From positions 14,880,001 to 14,944,000 of the forward strand of contig CP075495.1 in assembly GCA_021613535.1 (NCBI GenBank): a DNA stretch of 64,000 bases, read 5' to 3'. This DNA comes from Adineta vaga (taxonomy: Eukaryota; Animalia; Rotifera). Under the pieces are notes generated by a model that worked only from the letters and a program-made list of their open reading frames with translations, was not told the origin of the DNA and ran no database searches. Made by a program: the position numbers and the translations under genes. Positions 52,180-62,943 of the stretch are shown here, piece by piece (within the stretch, counting starts at the first letter, position 1; the number at the start of each line of letters is the position of its first letter).

Positions 52180-52355
52180 TTTTTTTGTCTTTTGCTTTGA
52201 ATTTAACGAAATTGTATTGTTATGATGATATGGTAGGTAGTAGGTATTCCATCTTTCTTGTACTGTGTATAATAGGGTGACACAAAACGTTCATTTCATA
52301 AAAAATCATCAATAATTCACAAACGATAGATAAGACATGCACTATGATGAAAAAT
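52180..52355. repeat. Near-identical duplicate of 44765-44940
   Basis: Shared ttttgtcttttgctttgaattt...gtaggtagtaggtattccat...aaacgatagataagacatgc with few differences. Confidence 0.85.
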
Positions 52356-52577
52356 TTATTCTATTGTATGTTTAATTAAGCCGTTCTTTATATGTTTTGA
52401 TTTATGCATTTTTAAAAACAGATTTTACACGTTCCTCTTAAACTTTCCAATTATGATGTGCCGTACATTGATTTTATTTATAATATAAAGAAAAACTTTT
52501 CATATACACAATCTAATTGATTAATGTCTAGAAAAGTCAAGTGATTCACAAGATTTAGTGGACCATTGAACAAATAT

Positions 52578-53091
52578 CTAGACTGGAGATTCTTTGTAGA
52601 ATAATTTTTTGTTTCTTGACAAAAGATTTTCATTTGTAACCACTTGATTTGTATCAGCTTTTTCGACAATTTTCTCTTTTTTAATTGTTTCTTCTATCTT
52701 CTTTAGATTCTTTTTCATTTCCTCTTGGTTTTCATTACCTTCTTTTAACATCTTCTTTATTTCCTCTAACGTTTTTGTTTGATTGTTGAGAATTAACATA
52801 ATTTTGTTCAGGACTTTTCCATGATCAATTTGAGCGTTCACTAATCGACCCAAATAAATATCTTGTTTCTTTTGAAACTTGAGCGACTCCAGCATAAAAG
52901 TGGTAAATATACTTTTCATATCACCTTGATGATCCTACATTAAAAGAAAAAAACCATTTACATTAGTGGAAATACTCGTAATATCGGTTTTCTTTCAAAG
53001 AAAGTAAAACACATACGCATTCAGAATCATCCTCACTTAACCACATATCGTCTTCCTCCTTATGTGCAGAATTATTTATGAATGAATCCAT
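52578..53091 (-). CDS. Small two-exon coiled-coil-like protein of unknown function
   Basis: Exon 1 MDSFINNSAHKEEDDMWLSEDDSEC splices in frame (gtatgt...tgtag) to DHQGDMKSIF..., followed by a Lys/Glu-rich heptad region. Confidence 0.55.
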
Positions 53092-53130
53092 TGTATTAGT
53101 AGATCAATTAGCAACACGTATATATATATA

Positions 53131-53299
53131 TGTCGCAGGACAAATTAAAATTTAGGACAATTTAAAATTGTCCTAAAATTTTAGGAATATTTAAAATTTT
53201 CCTAGGAATAATTAAAATTTTTACACACACATTTTAAGTTTTCCTAGACAAGTTTAGGACAATTTTAAATTGTCCTAAATTTTAATTTGTCCTGCAACA
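53131..53299. mobile_element. 169-bp MITE with TGT...ACA ends inserted in a (TA)n tract
   Basis: TIR of about 47 bp, tgtcgcaggacaaattaaaatttaggacaatttaaaattgtcctaaa, and its reverse complement. (TA)n runs on both sides. Confidence 0.85.
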
Positions 53300-54398
53300 T
53301 ATATATATAGGTTAACATCTTATGTGAAATCATTCATGTAGCGGACGAAACTTTCATTCATTTCATCCAGAAAAAGAAATGTCGACAGACGATAAAAATG
53401 ATTACCTTTATTTGTCCGTTAACTCATTTATATCAAACACAATATCAACAATGCAGCCAATAAGAGTGAGTTCATTCCGACTACAAATATACATTTATGG
53501 AAAAATTTCCAGAGCTTGCCGTATTCGATGGATAATTGTTTGTAATCGTCTGTTGAACAGGAGTTGATCTGTGTACTAGACCAAAAGGCATAGCTGATCT
53601 ATCTGATATAATAAAGAAGAAATAAAAACAAAATTTCTTTTGTATGTAAGTTATGTCAGAAACAAACTGTAGCACGATGCACTCGGATAGTTAACTTACA
53701 TCTCTTTCGATGATCACGTGGTACATTTTGTCTTGTACACAGAGATGATTTTCTTGTTGATGAACGCAGCATGTGTGCCATTATTGATGATGTGAAACTA
53801 GTCTTGATAACAGAAGTAATATATTATATATCGAGTTAGATCGTTTCAATAATTCATCATTTCATTTGTCAACTTATTCTTTCTTTGTATTTATTTACTA
53901 TTACGCATATAATCCTATCAGATACAGCGAAAAGATATACATAAATCAAGATGGCGTTATTATATTATCGATAGTAATGGATAAGTTACATTTTGATAAA
54001 TTTGGTATAACATCTTGCCAGTGAATGTATGAATGGAATCCCAATATAATGTTTAAATAACATCGAAACCTATCATACTTATTCCAATAAAACCTAAACA
54101 ACATGTTAACCTTCAAGAACAAAACAATTCATTATCATCCCTACTTAAATCTTGAAATTGAGAATCTAGTTGTCAATTTTTCGTGGCGAAGATATATTAA
54201 AAAGTTCTATCTATATTGCGTTAAAACGTCAAATTATTGATCAAGCTTCATCAAGTATGGTTGAGTTTGTTTCTAATCTAACTAGATAAACTCTCTTATA
54301 GAACTTCGAACATAAATAAACAACTTCTTCTTCTTTTTATTTCATTGAAAGATTCTATATACTAATGTGGTCTTTCGCAGATCTGTAGGAATAACTGT

Positions 54399-56008
54399 TC
54401 ACATAAAAATCATTAATGAAACTGCCATTATTTCTAGTAGAATTCCAATGATAAGAAAAATCAGTGCAATTCGGAAGAAAAAAATCTTCTTTTGACAATT
54501 AGATTCAATAATAATATGAATAATACTAGTAATGATGATAAATAGTGAAATTCCCCCCAATATAATATCGATCAAGATGACTGACATGTGATCCATATCG
54601 TTTGTATTATGTATGAAATGAACAATATTAATCAAAGTTATACCAATAGTAACGCTCATCCTCTGGATTCGCTGACCCTTTTCTGAAAGAATGATAACAG
54701 TGCTCAGTAACATCCGCAAGCTGGACCTAGACTTGACAGGATCTCGGTCCAAGCAAACTTTATACATAAGGGTTTTTTAAAAGTGTTTTTCATCTTTTCA
54801 CCATTTCAAAGTATTATTAAATCATTTATTGAAAGAGAAGAGCAAAAACAAGTGCTGTTTGTAAATATTCATGAATCTGATCGCTTCATAATTACTTCTA
54901 AAAAATGTATGACCCATACTTATTTTCCTTCATATAAGGCTCTTAAACAAACGTCTAATCGCTCGTTGGCCTCCCCCGGTCGGTTACTCGCGACTAGTCG
55001 CTAACATGCATGGCCTTTTCTCTATTTTCCTTTCAATCATGTGAGTGTAATGCAAGAGATTCGCTCATCATAATAGATCAATTCATAACCGAAGACTTGA
55101 AAAATTTGCATGATCGCACCGTTTCCAGTACAAGTTTCATTTTTATTTTCAGGAAACAGAACTTTGTCGGATTCGTTCTCGTAGATCATCAATTAAGTTA
55201 CTTCGAAGAAACATCCAAAGCACGTGAAAGTCATTCAAAACTATATTCTGAACTATCACTCTCTAAATCAACGTCTAGTCGTTCGTCGGCCTCCCTCCGG
55301 TCGGCCACTTATGGCTAGCCGTTAATATGAACGCTTTCATTGTTTCATCCACTTTTGATTCATTTCCAAAACGAATTAGTGAATTTCCTTTGGTCTTTTC
55401 TTCAAAAAGGCACTGACTTTGTATTACTATAAAGGATTCCAATTCCTCAATCTCGATTACCCTTTTGTCAAACTTTACACGAAATATTAGAAGTCATCAT
55501 TTTTTAATTAGCTAATTAATTAATAAGTAATCAAGTAGAACCGACGTCAGATTCGAGATCCTCGACCTCGATAACTCTTCGGTCAACCCCTATGTAACAG
55601 CATAGTAATTTATAATTAGCTAATTAATTAACTAATTAGAATTGCGAAAAAGTAACGTCAGATTCGAGATCCTCGACCTCGATTGCCCTTCGGTCGACCC
55701 TTATATGATAGCATAATGGTTGATGATGAGTTAATTAGCTAATTAGCTAATTAATTAATTGGAATTTTCAAAAACTAACATCGGATTCGAGATCCTCGAC
55801 CCCGATTACCCTTCGGTCAACCCTTATGCGATAGTATAAGAACAATTTACTGAATGCTGAATTCTGATTGGATGGGCCGGACAGACAGACAAACTTTTTG
55901 CATTTCAAGCCGCTGATTTTAACGCTGTATAACCCTTTCTTTCAGAAAAGAGAACTAAAATATATATGAAAAGAACTATCCGAGAAAGCATACGTTGACA
56001 TAGTACAT
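54399..56008 (-). pseudogene. 4-TM gene paralog split by a Helentron-like insertion
   Basis: The 3' part (54399-54645, FFRIALIFLIIGILLEIMAVSL) and the 5' part (55955-56008) both align to 59257-59721. The ORF-track N-terminus MYKVC... is derived from the insertion. Confidence 0.75.
54646..55954 (-). mobile_element. Non-autonomous DINE-1/Helentron-like element
   Basis: 14-bp subterminal inverted repeats cttttctgaaagaa (54678-54691) and ttctttcagaaaag (55937-55950). A (GTCT)n tract lies near the 5' end (55880-55891). Three tandem units of about 110-125 bp carry gattcgagatcctcgacc. There is an imperfect 3' hairpin at 54653-54672 and no clear TSD. Confidence 0.75.
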
Positions 56009-56199
56009 TTTATATATTATTATGATGAAATTTTTACTTAGACATATAAAATTAAGTATCTCAAGCATAAATGAAGAAACATAGTTTCTTTTTTTTTACT
56101 TTTTCGCTTCTTTATTTCAATACAACTAAATTGTATTATATGACGATATAAGTAGTGGGTGTTCCATTGTTCGTATATTTTATGTCATACACAAGGAGG

Positions 56200-56800
56200 C
56201 AAAAGGTTTATTTCATGATGAAACTTCAGTAATCCACAAGCGATATATACGGCATGCATTATGACGAAAAACTTATTGGATTTCATGTTCAGTTAAACCA
56301 GTTTCTTTCATTATATTCATATAAGTACGAATGAGTTGATCAAATAAATGTTGTATTGAGTTTATCAACAGGAAAATTCGATCCAAAGAGACATCGATTT
56401 GAACCAAATGCATTCATTGTATTCATCCGATGTTGATAAGTTTGTAAATTAGAGTTAATATTTATCTATTAAACTAAATCCATTCTTTTTATCTGTCCTT
56501 AATTAACACACCTTCTAGATGATGCAAACCGTTGATAGGTCATAGTGCAGAGTAAGTAAAAGTATTATTCCACATAGCAGAGATAGCAAATTATGTAGAA
56601 AAGAAAAGTACCTTAAAATGGAGCGGTTTTATTATCGAACTGGTTTTTTGTGTTCGAAGAAAGGACAGAAAAGGCAGATCGAACTATGTGTACATATACT
56701 GCCCTCTTGTGCTATTTTTTTTTTATTGGTAGAAAGAACGAATCGATGTAAGACAATGATTGAGGAATAAAAGAACGATTGTTTCATTGCAAGCTATTGA
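56200..56800 (-). pseudogene. Decayed amidohydrolase-2 family gene copy
   Basis: 56350-56430 encodes EYTMNAFGSNRCLFGSNFPVDKLNTTF-like sequence and is colinear with 59900-60700. Multiple indels. Confidence 0.6.
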
Positions 56801-56916
56801 TGATTGATATTGATCGTTGTCTCTCTCTATCTGTGAAAGTGTTCGACAGTTCATTGTCAGACAAGACTTTAATCGATTGACTTTTATATTTCATATTCAC
56901 TTATTAATTTCTAGGA

Positions 56917-58565
56917 TGTTCACGATAAGTAATGATAATATTTTCCAAAATGAAACGTAATAGTTTTTCATCTTGCAGCTAACACTTGATCGATTTTCCA
57001 CTCACTTGGCTAGTGCACATCCTTTTCTGAATGATAGTATTCAACGTGCACTGATCATTCTCAACCATAAACAATTTCAGCACGAAATCCTCAATGAATT
57101 ATGTTCGAAAGTAGTCAAAACCCGTCGAAGTGATTGTGAAGATCTTCAAGAATTTGTTCGAAATGCTTGTTCTCAATTAAAAATTCAAGTTTGCGTTCAA
57201 ATGTTAACTGTACCCGATGCTCTTATGCAATGTGAAACTTTCAATTATGATGAAAATAAACCTTGTAAAATTTTCATCAATCAGTCGGTAAAATAATTTT
57301 TTTGCCCCGAATCTGTGCTACTCTTCGTTTTAGTGGTATCAACGTATTCTAGAGATCGAGCCAACTGATAAAGAATATTCTTTTCATATTGTGCTTGGTT
57401 GTATCAAGATTATTCATGAAGTATGTCACTGTTGCACGAGTATCTTTTGTGCATTTTCTTTAATGATCAATCCTGATAAGAAACAGTAAGTGTCGATTAT
57501 TTCTTATTCATACATCTCATTTCTATTATCTTTTTTAATAGAATCAAAATCACACCACCTTCAATTGGACGTAAGATCATCAGAGCATCTCCCTATGTGA
57601 AAAGGTCACCATGAGAAAGAAGAAAGTAAAAATGGTAAATGAAATTGATTAAATATTGAATGAATACAGTAATAACGGGAGAAGGAATAAACGATCATTT
57701 TCACATAATTATTGAAAAAATAGTGTTGATTCGAAGGGAGCTTCATATCTTTTTTTATTATTATTGATAGGAATGGTAAAGTCAAGTCGAACGAAAAAAT
57801 CAACAAAAGAGATAGGTGATATGGGATTTGGTGGTGAAGAATTATTATTAGGTGGTCGACTGTTTCCGGTTATAGATGTTCCAAAAGAATACAAGTTTAA
57901 GGTATGTATCATTGAAGATAAAGAGATAATATAGTAAAATTTTCCTTGAAGATTGTTGATTTACGCATCGATATACATAAACAATCATCAATTCCCGTGA
58001 AAAAAGCAACACTTGATTTGAATTTCATCAAACATTTCTTCGATCTTAATCAATTGCAAAGTAAGAGTGTTTATGTCAATAATTCTGATCTTCTAATCCG
58101 TTCAGATATCGAGAATTTCAATCACTTCAAAGTTCAATTCGATCAATTATTTGATATTAATGAAGCAACTGAAGGTGCACCGTTTCATGTCACTCCAATT
58201 CGTGTAAAACGACAAAAGCTCAAACATGCCGATTCTGATTCTTCTCCATGTAAGTATTAGAAACAAAAGAATGATTTCATTGAAATTTTCGATTATCTCT
58301 TGTAGCTTCATCAAGTTCTACGAGTGAAAGCTCCATTTACATGAATAACTTATCCAATGTGGATCCAAATGATCCAAATGTATTGTATCCATCATTTTAT
58401 ATTCCACCTCCAGATTTTGTTCCACGTTCACCACATTCAACAGAAGATGAAGATAGTGATACTGAACCTTACTGTGTTAATGGAATGCCACCAAATTTCC
58501 GAGGTAATCTTTAATTAATTCTTATTTTCATTAATAATTTATCTGATATTTATAGAATAAGGTAA
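56917..58565 (+). CDS. Multi-exon protein with HExxH zincin-like motif
   Basis: Exons join LTLDRFST...IFINQS / WYQRIL...KIIHEVCHCC / TPPSIG / GDMGFGGEELLLGGRL / IVDLRID..., with GT-AG boundaries. One junction near 57570-57770 is ambiguous. Confidence 0.6.
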
Positions 58566-59256
58566 CAGGAATGGATATTGAACAATTCTATTCAATGATA
58601 TTCGAAATGTTGAAACATGCTGTTTATGCATAAGATGCTGATGTTCAAATAATTAGATTTTATTCATTCCTCTTCAATATCTTAGTATTCTTATTCTTTG
58701 AACAGAATGCTTGAATCGCTTTCTCTTGTCACATTTGTTTCATTCGTTTTTTTGATTTTTCACAATCTGTATCGTAAAAATTCTAACCATTTTTTTTAAT
58801 TGATATTGATGAAATCATCTCTCTATATGATTATTATCATTGAACAAAAATTCCCTCGAATTCATACGATTAGTCGCAAGGACAATCTGTAAAGTTTTTT
58901 AAAAATGTTATAAAAATTAATTAAATAAATCCTGGTAAATTGTTCAATCTCTTGTTTATGATTGATTAGAAAGAGTTTTCTATCAGAGCGACATCGACTT
59001 ATTTTATTTCATTGATGAATAACTTAAATTAGTGTCAATCATCATATTTACAGAAAGTATTTCATTTTATACAGATTCTTTTCTTTTTTGTTATTAAAGA
59101 AAAAGTGGATATTGTGAATCCATCTTAAACTCATATAGCTTCACATCGATTGAATAAGCAGCTTCTTTTTATTTCAATAACGGTTTCAATGTATATATAT
59201 TAATCGTATTATGTCGTTCAAATAATGTCTTCATATCGAATATACGAAGAACTGTT

Positions 59257-59721
59257 CTATTTCGATGCTACAATTTCGTAACTATGACGTAATTCAGAAT
59301 AATAACTTAAACTAGCAATAATTCCATACATTTGTAATATAACTAAATATCCAGTTAATGAACTAATCACAATTATGGTTGTTTTTCGTATATCCACAGG
59401 AAAACCTGCACGCATGAGAATAATTAAAGAAACAGCAGTGATTTCAACCATTATACCAACAACGAGAAAAATAAAAGCAATTCGAAAGAATAACAATCTT
59501 TTTGTACAAAGAAAACCAATCATAATATGAAGAGTACCAGTAATTAGAATATATACTGCTATTCCACCAATATAGTATCGACCAATATCACTAATACGTG
59601 ATCCATATTGTTTGTAACCTTCATTTGTATTATTTATGAAATGAGCAACAACAGCTAAAATAATACCAGTTAAAATATATATGACGAGAAATACCCAAAA
59701 AAATACACGTTGACAGTACAT
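59257..59721 (-). CDS. Small four-transmembrane protein (only intact family member in the window)
   Basis: Single-exon 154-aa ORF with four hydrophobic segments. Broken paralogs lie at 44427 and 54399. Confidence 0.75.
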   Translation of the reverse strand: MYCQRVFFWVFLVIYILTGIILAVVAHFINNTNEGYKQYGSRISDIGRYYIGGIAVYILITGTLHIMIGFLCTKRLLFFRIAFIFLVVGIMVEITAVSLIILMRAGFPVDIRKTTIIVISSLTGYLVILQMYGIIASLSYYSELRHSYEIVASK

Positions 59722-59909
59722 CGTATGTGATGAATATGTTAATATGATGTGGCTTTTACCTAGACATATACGATTAAGTACCTCAAGGATAAATGAAGAA
59801 ACATAGTTTCTTTTTTTCTCTCTTTTACTTCTTCATCGTCTCTTTATTTCGATACAACTGAATTATATTACATGACGATAGGTAGTGGGCGTTCCATTGT
59901 TCTTATAGT

Positions 59910-60700
59910 TTATGTAATATAAGGAAGAAAAATGTTTATTTCATAATAAATCTTCAGTAATGCACAAACAATAGATACGACATGTATTCTGATAAAAAAA
60001 ACTTGTTCGAATTCGTGTTCAGTTAATCCTGTTTGTTTTTTCATACTCATATATATACAAACAAGTTGTGTAAAAGTTGAATTGAGTCTATCAACAGGAA
60101 AATATGATGCAAAAAGACATCGGTCTGAACCAAATACATTTAATGTATATTCAATATAAGTTCGAAGTAATTCCAACGTCAACTTATGTTGAAACATAAC
60201 TAAACCATTTAATTTACATAATATATTTGGTTGTTGTGATACTATAGACATACCTGCTGTCTATTTTTCAACTGAATTGAAATCATAAAGCATATCTAAG
60301 TTAAATTTGAGAATAATAAAAATGTTTGGATATTGACGTACAAGTTGTGCAACGTATTTCATTTGATGTATTAGGAAATTAAATCCATTCTCTCTATCTA
60401 TCATTATAGTTAACACCTTCAAGGTGAAATAAACCGCTCGTAGGTCACAATACAGGGTGAGTAAATATATTATGCCAAGGAGCACATCTAGCAAAGTTGA
60501 TACAAAAGTAAAGCGCATAAAAGAAGGGGTCGACTGTATTATTGAAATGAGTCGTTTTATTCGAAGAAAGAAAAGAAAAACTCAGATCGGAGCACGTCTA
60601 TATATACCTCCTTCTTACGTTAACTTTCTTATTGGTGGAAAGAATGAAATCAATGTAATATCTAATATGACAATTGAGTCAATGTCGATCATTTCACGTC
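59910..60700 (-). pseudogene. Amidohydrolase-2 (TIM-barrel metal-dependent hydrolase) pseudogene, bacterial-like
   Basis: PNILCKLNGL...YTLNVFGSDRCLFASYFPVDRL resembles the FGxDRxMFxSNFPVD motif, with upstream QLVRQYPNIFIIL. Frames are broken and no intact N-terminus was found. Confidence 0.7.
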
Positions 60701-61627
60701 ATTTTGTTAGTTAATAGTGATCAGTGTCTGTGTCTGTGAACGTATTCGGACAGGCACATTCTCAAACAAGATTTCAATTGGCAACTTTTTTATATTGCAA
60801 ATCCATACAGTAATCTTTAGCAAGTTTACGGCAATGGTAATATTTTTCAAAAATCCAACGTAATTATTGTGTTGTTATAGCTACTCAAGTGAAACACGCC
60901 CGACCAGATCCTCTCGGATTCTGACGTAATCCAAGCCGTGATACTAAGGCAGATAATATAGTAAAATATGGTCGTATCGTGAGCGTATGCCACCGTTTAC
61001 AATTCCCGAAGCAAGATGTTCTATTAGAATTTATTTATATGTAAAGTATGATTTTATTTTTTTTAGTGTCCAAATGTTTGAGATACGCATCCTATTTTTG
61101 TAATCAAAATATATCAATATGTAGCTCGAATATTCAACATATCAATTACTGATTTGGTCGAAATGATCATCAACAGCATGAAAAAATTATATGAATTGAA
61201 TTGACCTTACCAAAAGGTTCATAATGCCGTTTTGCCATTGATGTATCGTGGACTTTCAAAATAAATAAAATTTCTAACATTTCATTTACATTAAATATTA
61301 CTATGAATATTTATGACTGTGAAATTTTTTATCTACTATAAATCATCCATGAACAAATACAATGCTACACTTCTTCTCATAAAAAAAAAACAGATGAAAT
61401 AACTTTTTATATATAAGTCCATTCTACATAAAAAGATAAGAAAGCAGAACATCGCTGAATTACTCTTGGATAAGCCGGAAATGCGTTAAATGTGATTTTT
61501 CTTGTATTTGTTTTTGAAAGTGATACTAGAGATGATATACTTATATATAGGACAGTTTCGTATTACATTTTAAAGGAAAAGCATTTGCAACAAGTATAAA
61601 ACGCATTAGTAATAAATCAATAAACTG

Positions 61628-62548
61628 TTATTCAAATAAACGAATAAGTAAACCATATGGTATAATAGATGATCGCACTATAGTGAAATATTCGATTTCA
61701 CTATTAGGAATAACAGGACATAAACGTATATTTTTTTTATCTGCACCAATCGTTTCCGATTGAATTTTATATGTTTGAGGCTGCTGACGACATTGAATGA
61801 CACTTTTAGCTTTATATACTTTTCCTGAAGTTGAACGAAAAGGAACCGCATTACTGTAAACATCACAACCAGAATATGCAATAGTTGGCGATGTATAAAC
61901 TTCAAATTTATCAGGAATATGACCGTCACCTATACCAATACGATCCCCACTTATTGTTTGATCTCCTGGAATAAGAAATTGATGATGTTCTATAATCGAT
62001 TTTGCTGCTTTAGGACTAGTACCATGATAACTTACAATCCATTTATCCCAAATATTTTCCACTTTTGCTTGCGCTTCGTCAACATACAAACCAAAACGAA
62101 CCCAACCACGTGGAATAACATATTTCGAATTTCCTGCTGTAAGAAAATCTCGGCTAGTTACTGAATAACAGTTTTTACAATAACATCTATTTTGTTGTCG
62201 ATTGAAAAGTTTTTTTGAAATTCCTAATGTTAACATATACTCTAAGCACAAAAAGAAATAACCACAAGAATTTACTGTTGTAGTGCTTGGCGAACGAACT
62301 AAACCTGCTGTAGAATGTGCTCGTCGATCTATACCAGTTCGATGTGGTAGGTCAGTAGCTCCTTCAAATGTTCGTTTAGGCGAAGAGAATGATAGGCCAG
62401 GTTTTACAGGTGAATGTGTTGAAGCAACGGCTGTGGTATTGGAAACAAATTGTCTATCACATTTACATGTGAGACAATACCCAATTCCATTTGATGGTGG
62501 TCGAATAAACGATTTCGATACTTTACAAAAAGTACATTCATATAACAT
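61628..62548 (-). CDS. Soluble NEURL4-type (PARP-like) ADP-ribosyltransferase domain protein with N-terminal CxxC/CxxC zinc ribbon
   Basis: RCYCKNC, YVIPRGWVRFGL, WIVSYHGT, VYTSPTIAYS, VIQCRQQP, EIEYFT and IIPYGLLIRL follow the NEURL4 C-terminal domain pattern in order. N-terminal CTFC...CLTC. No NHR repeats. Confidence 0.8.
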   Translation of the reverse strand: MLYECTFCKVSKSFIRPPSNGIGYCLTCKCDRQFVSNTTAVASTHSPVKPGLSFSSPKRTFEGATDLPHRTGIDRRAHSTAGLVRSPSTTTVNSCGYFFLCLEYMLTLGISKKLFNRQQNRCYCKNCYSVTSRDFLTAGNSKYVIPRGWVRFGLYVDEAQAKVENIWDKWIVSYHGTSPKAAKSIIEHHQFLIPGDQTISGDRIGIGDGHIPDKFEVYTSPTIAYSGCDVYSNAVPFRSTSGKVYKAKSVIQCRQQPQTYKIQSETIGADKKNIRLCPVIPNSEIEYFTIVRSSIIPYGLLIRLFE

Positions 62549-62943
62549 GATAAAAGTATTAAAATTATATTCAAAATCTAGAAATAAATAACAAAATCTT
62601 TCACCATCATGATTTATTTTTAGGAAAATTTCGAAATTATGTCATTTTCTTCACTGAAAATGATCTTATGTCAAATGTGATCATCTATTAATAATGCTTC
62701 ACCGAAAGAAAGAGTAAAATATCTTCCAATATAGTTAGTTGGAAATTTTGTCTTCGATACAGCACATGTTATATATAACTTAAGATTTTGTCTCAGTAAC
62801 GATATGCTGATAAGCATCGGTAGTTACAAAATAAAAAAGCAAATGTTGACAAATCTGTATGTTGCCGAGTGAAGTCGATAAGACAATCGCACAAGAAAAA
62901 ATCGTGGAATAGAAATACACACTGATATACAAAGAAACAAATT
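62549..62943. promoter_or_regulatory. Probable bidirectional promoter and 5' UTR region of the divergent ART pair
   Basis: Only 395 bp separate the two divergent ATGs. Inferred from geometry only. Confidence 0.45.

Noticed and set aside
55540-55830. Three GC-rich direct repeats with AT-rich intervals, resembling a CRISPR array
   Set aside because: The intervals are similar to each other (taattagctaattaatt), there are no cas genes, the context is eukaryotic, and the repeats are explained as the central tandem repeats of the Helentron-like element.
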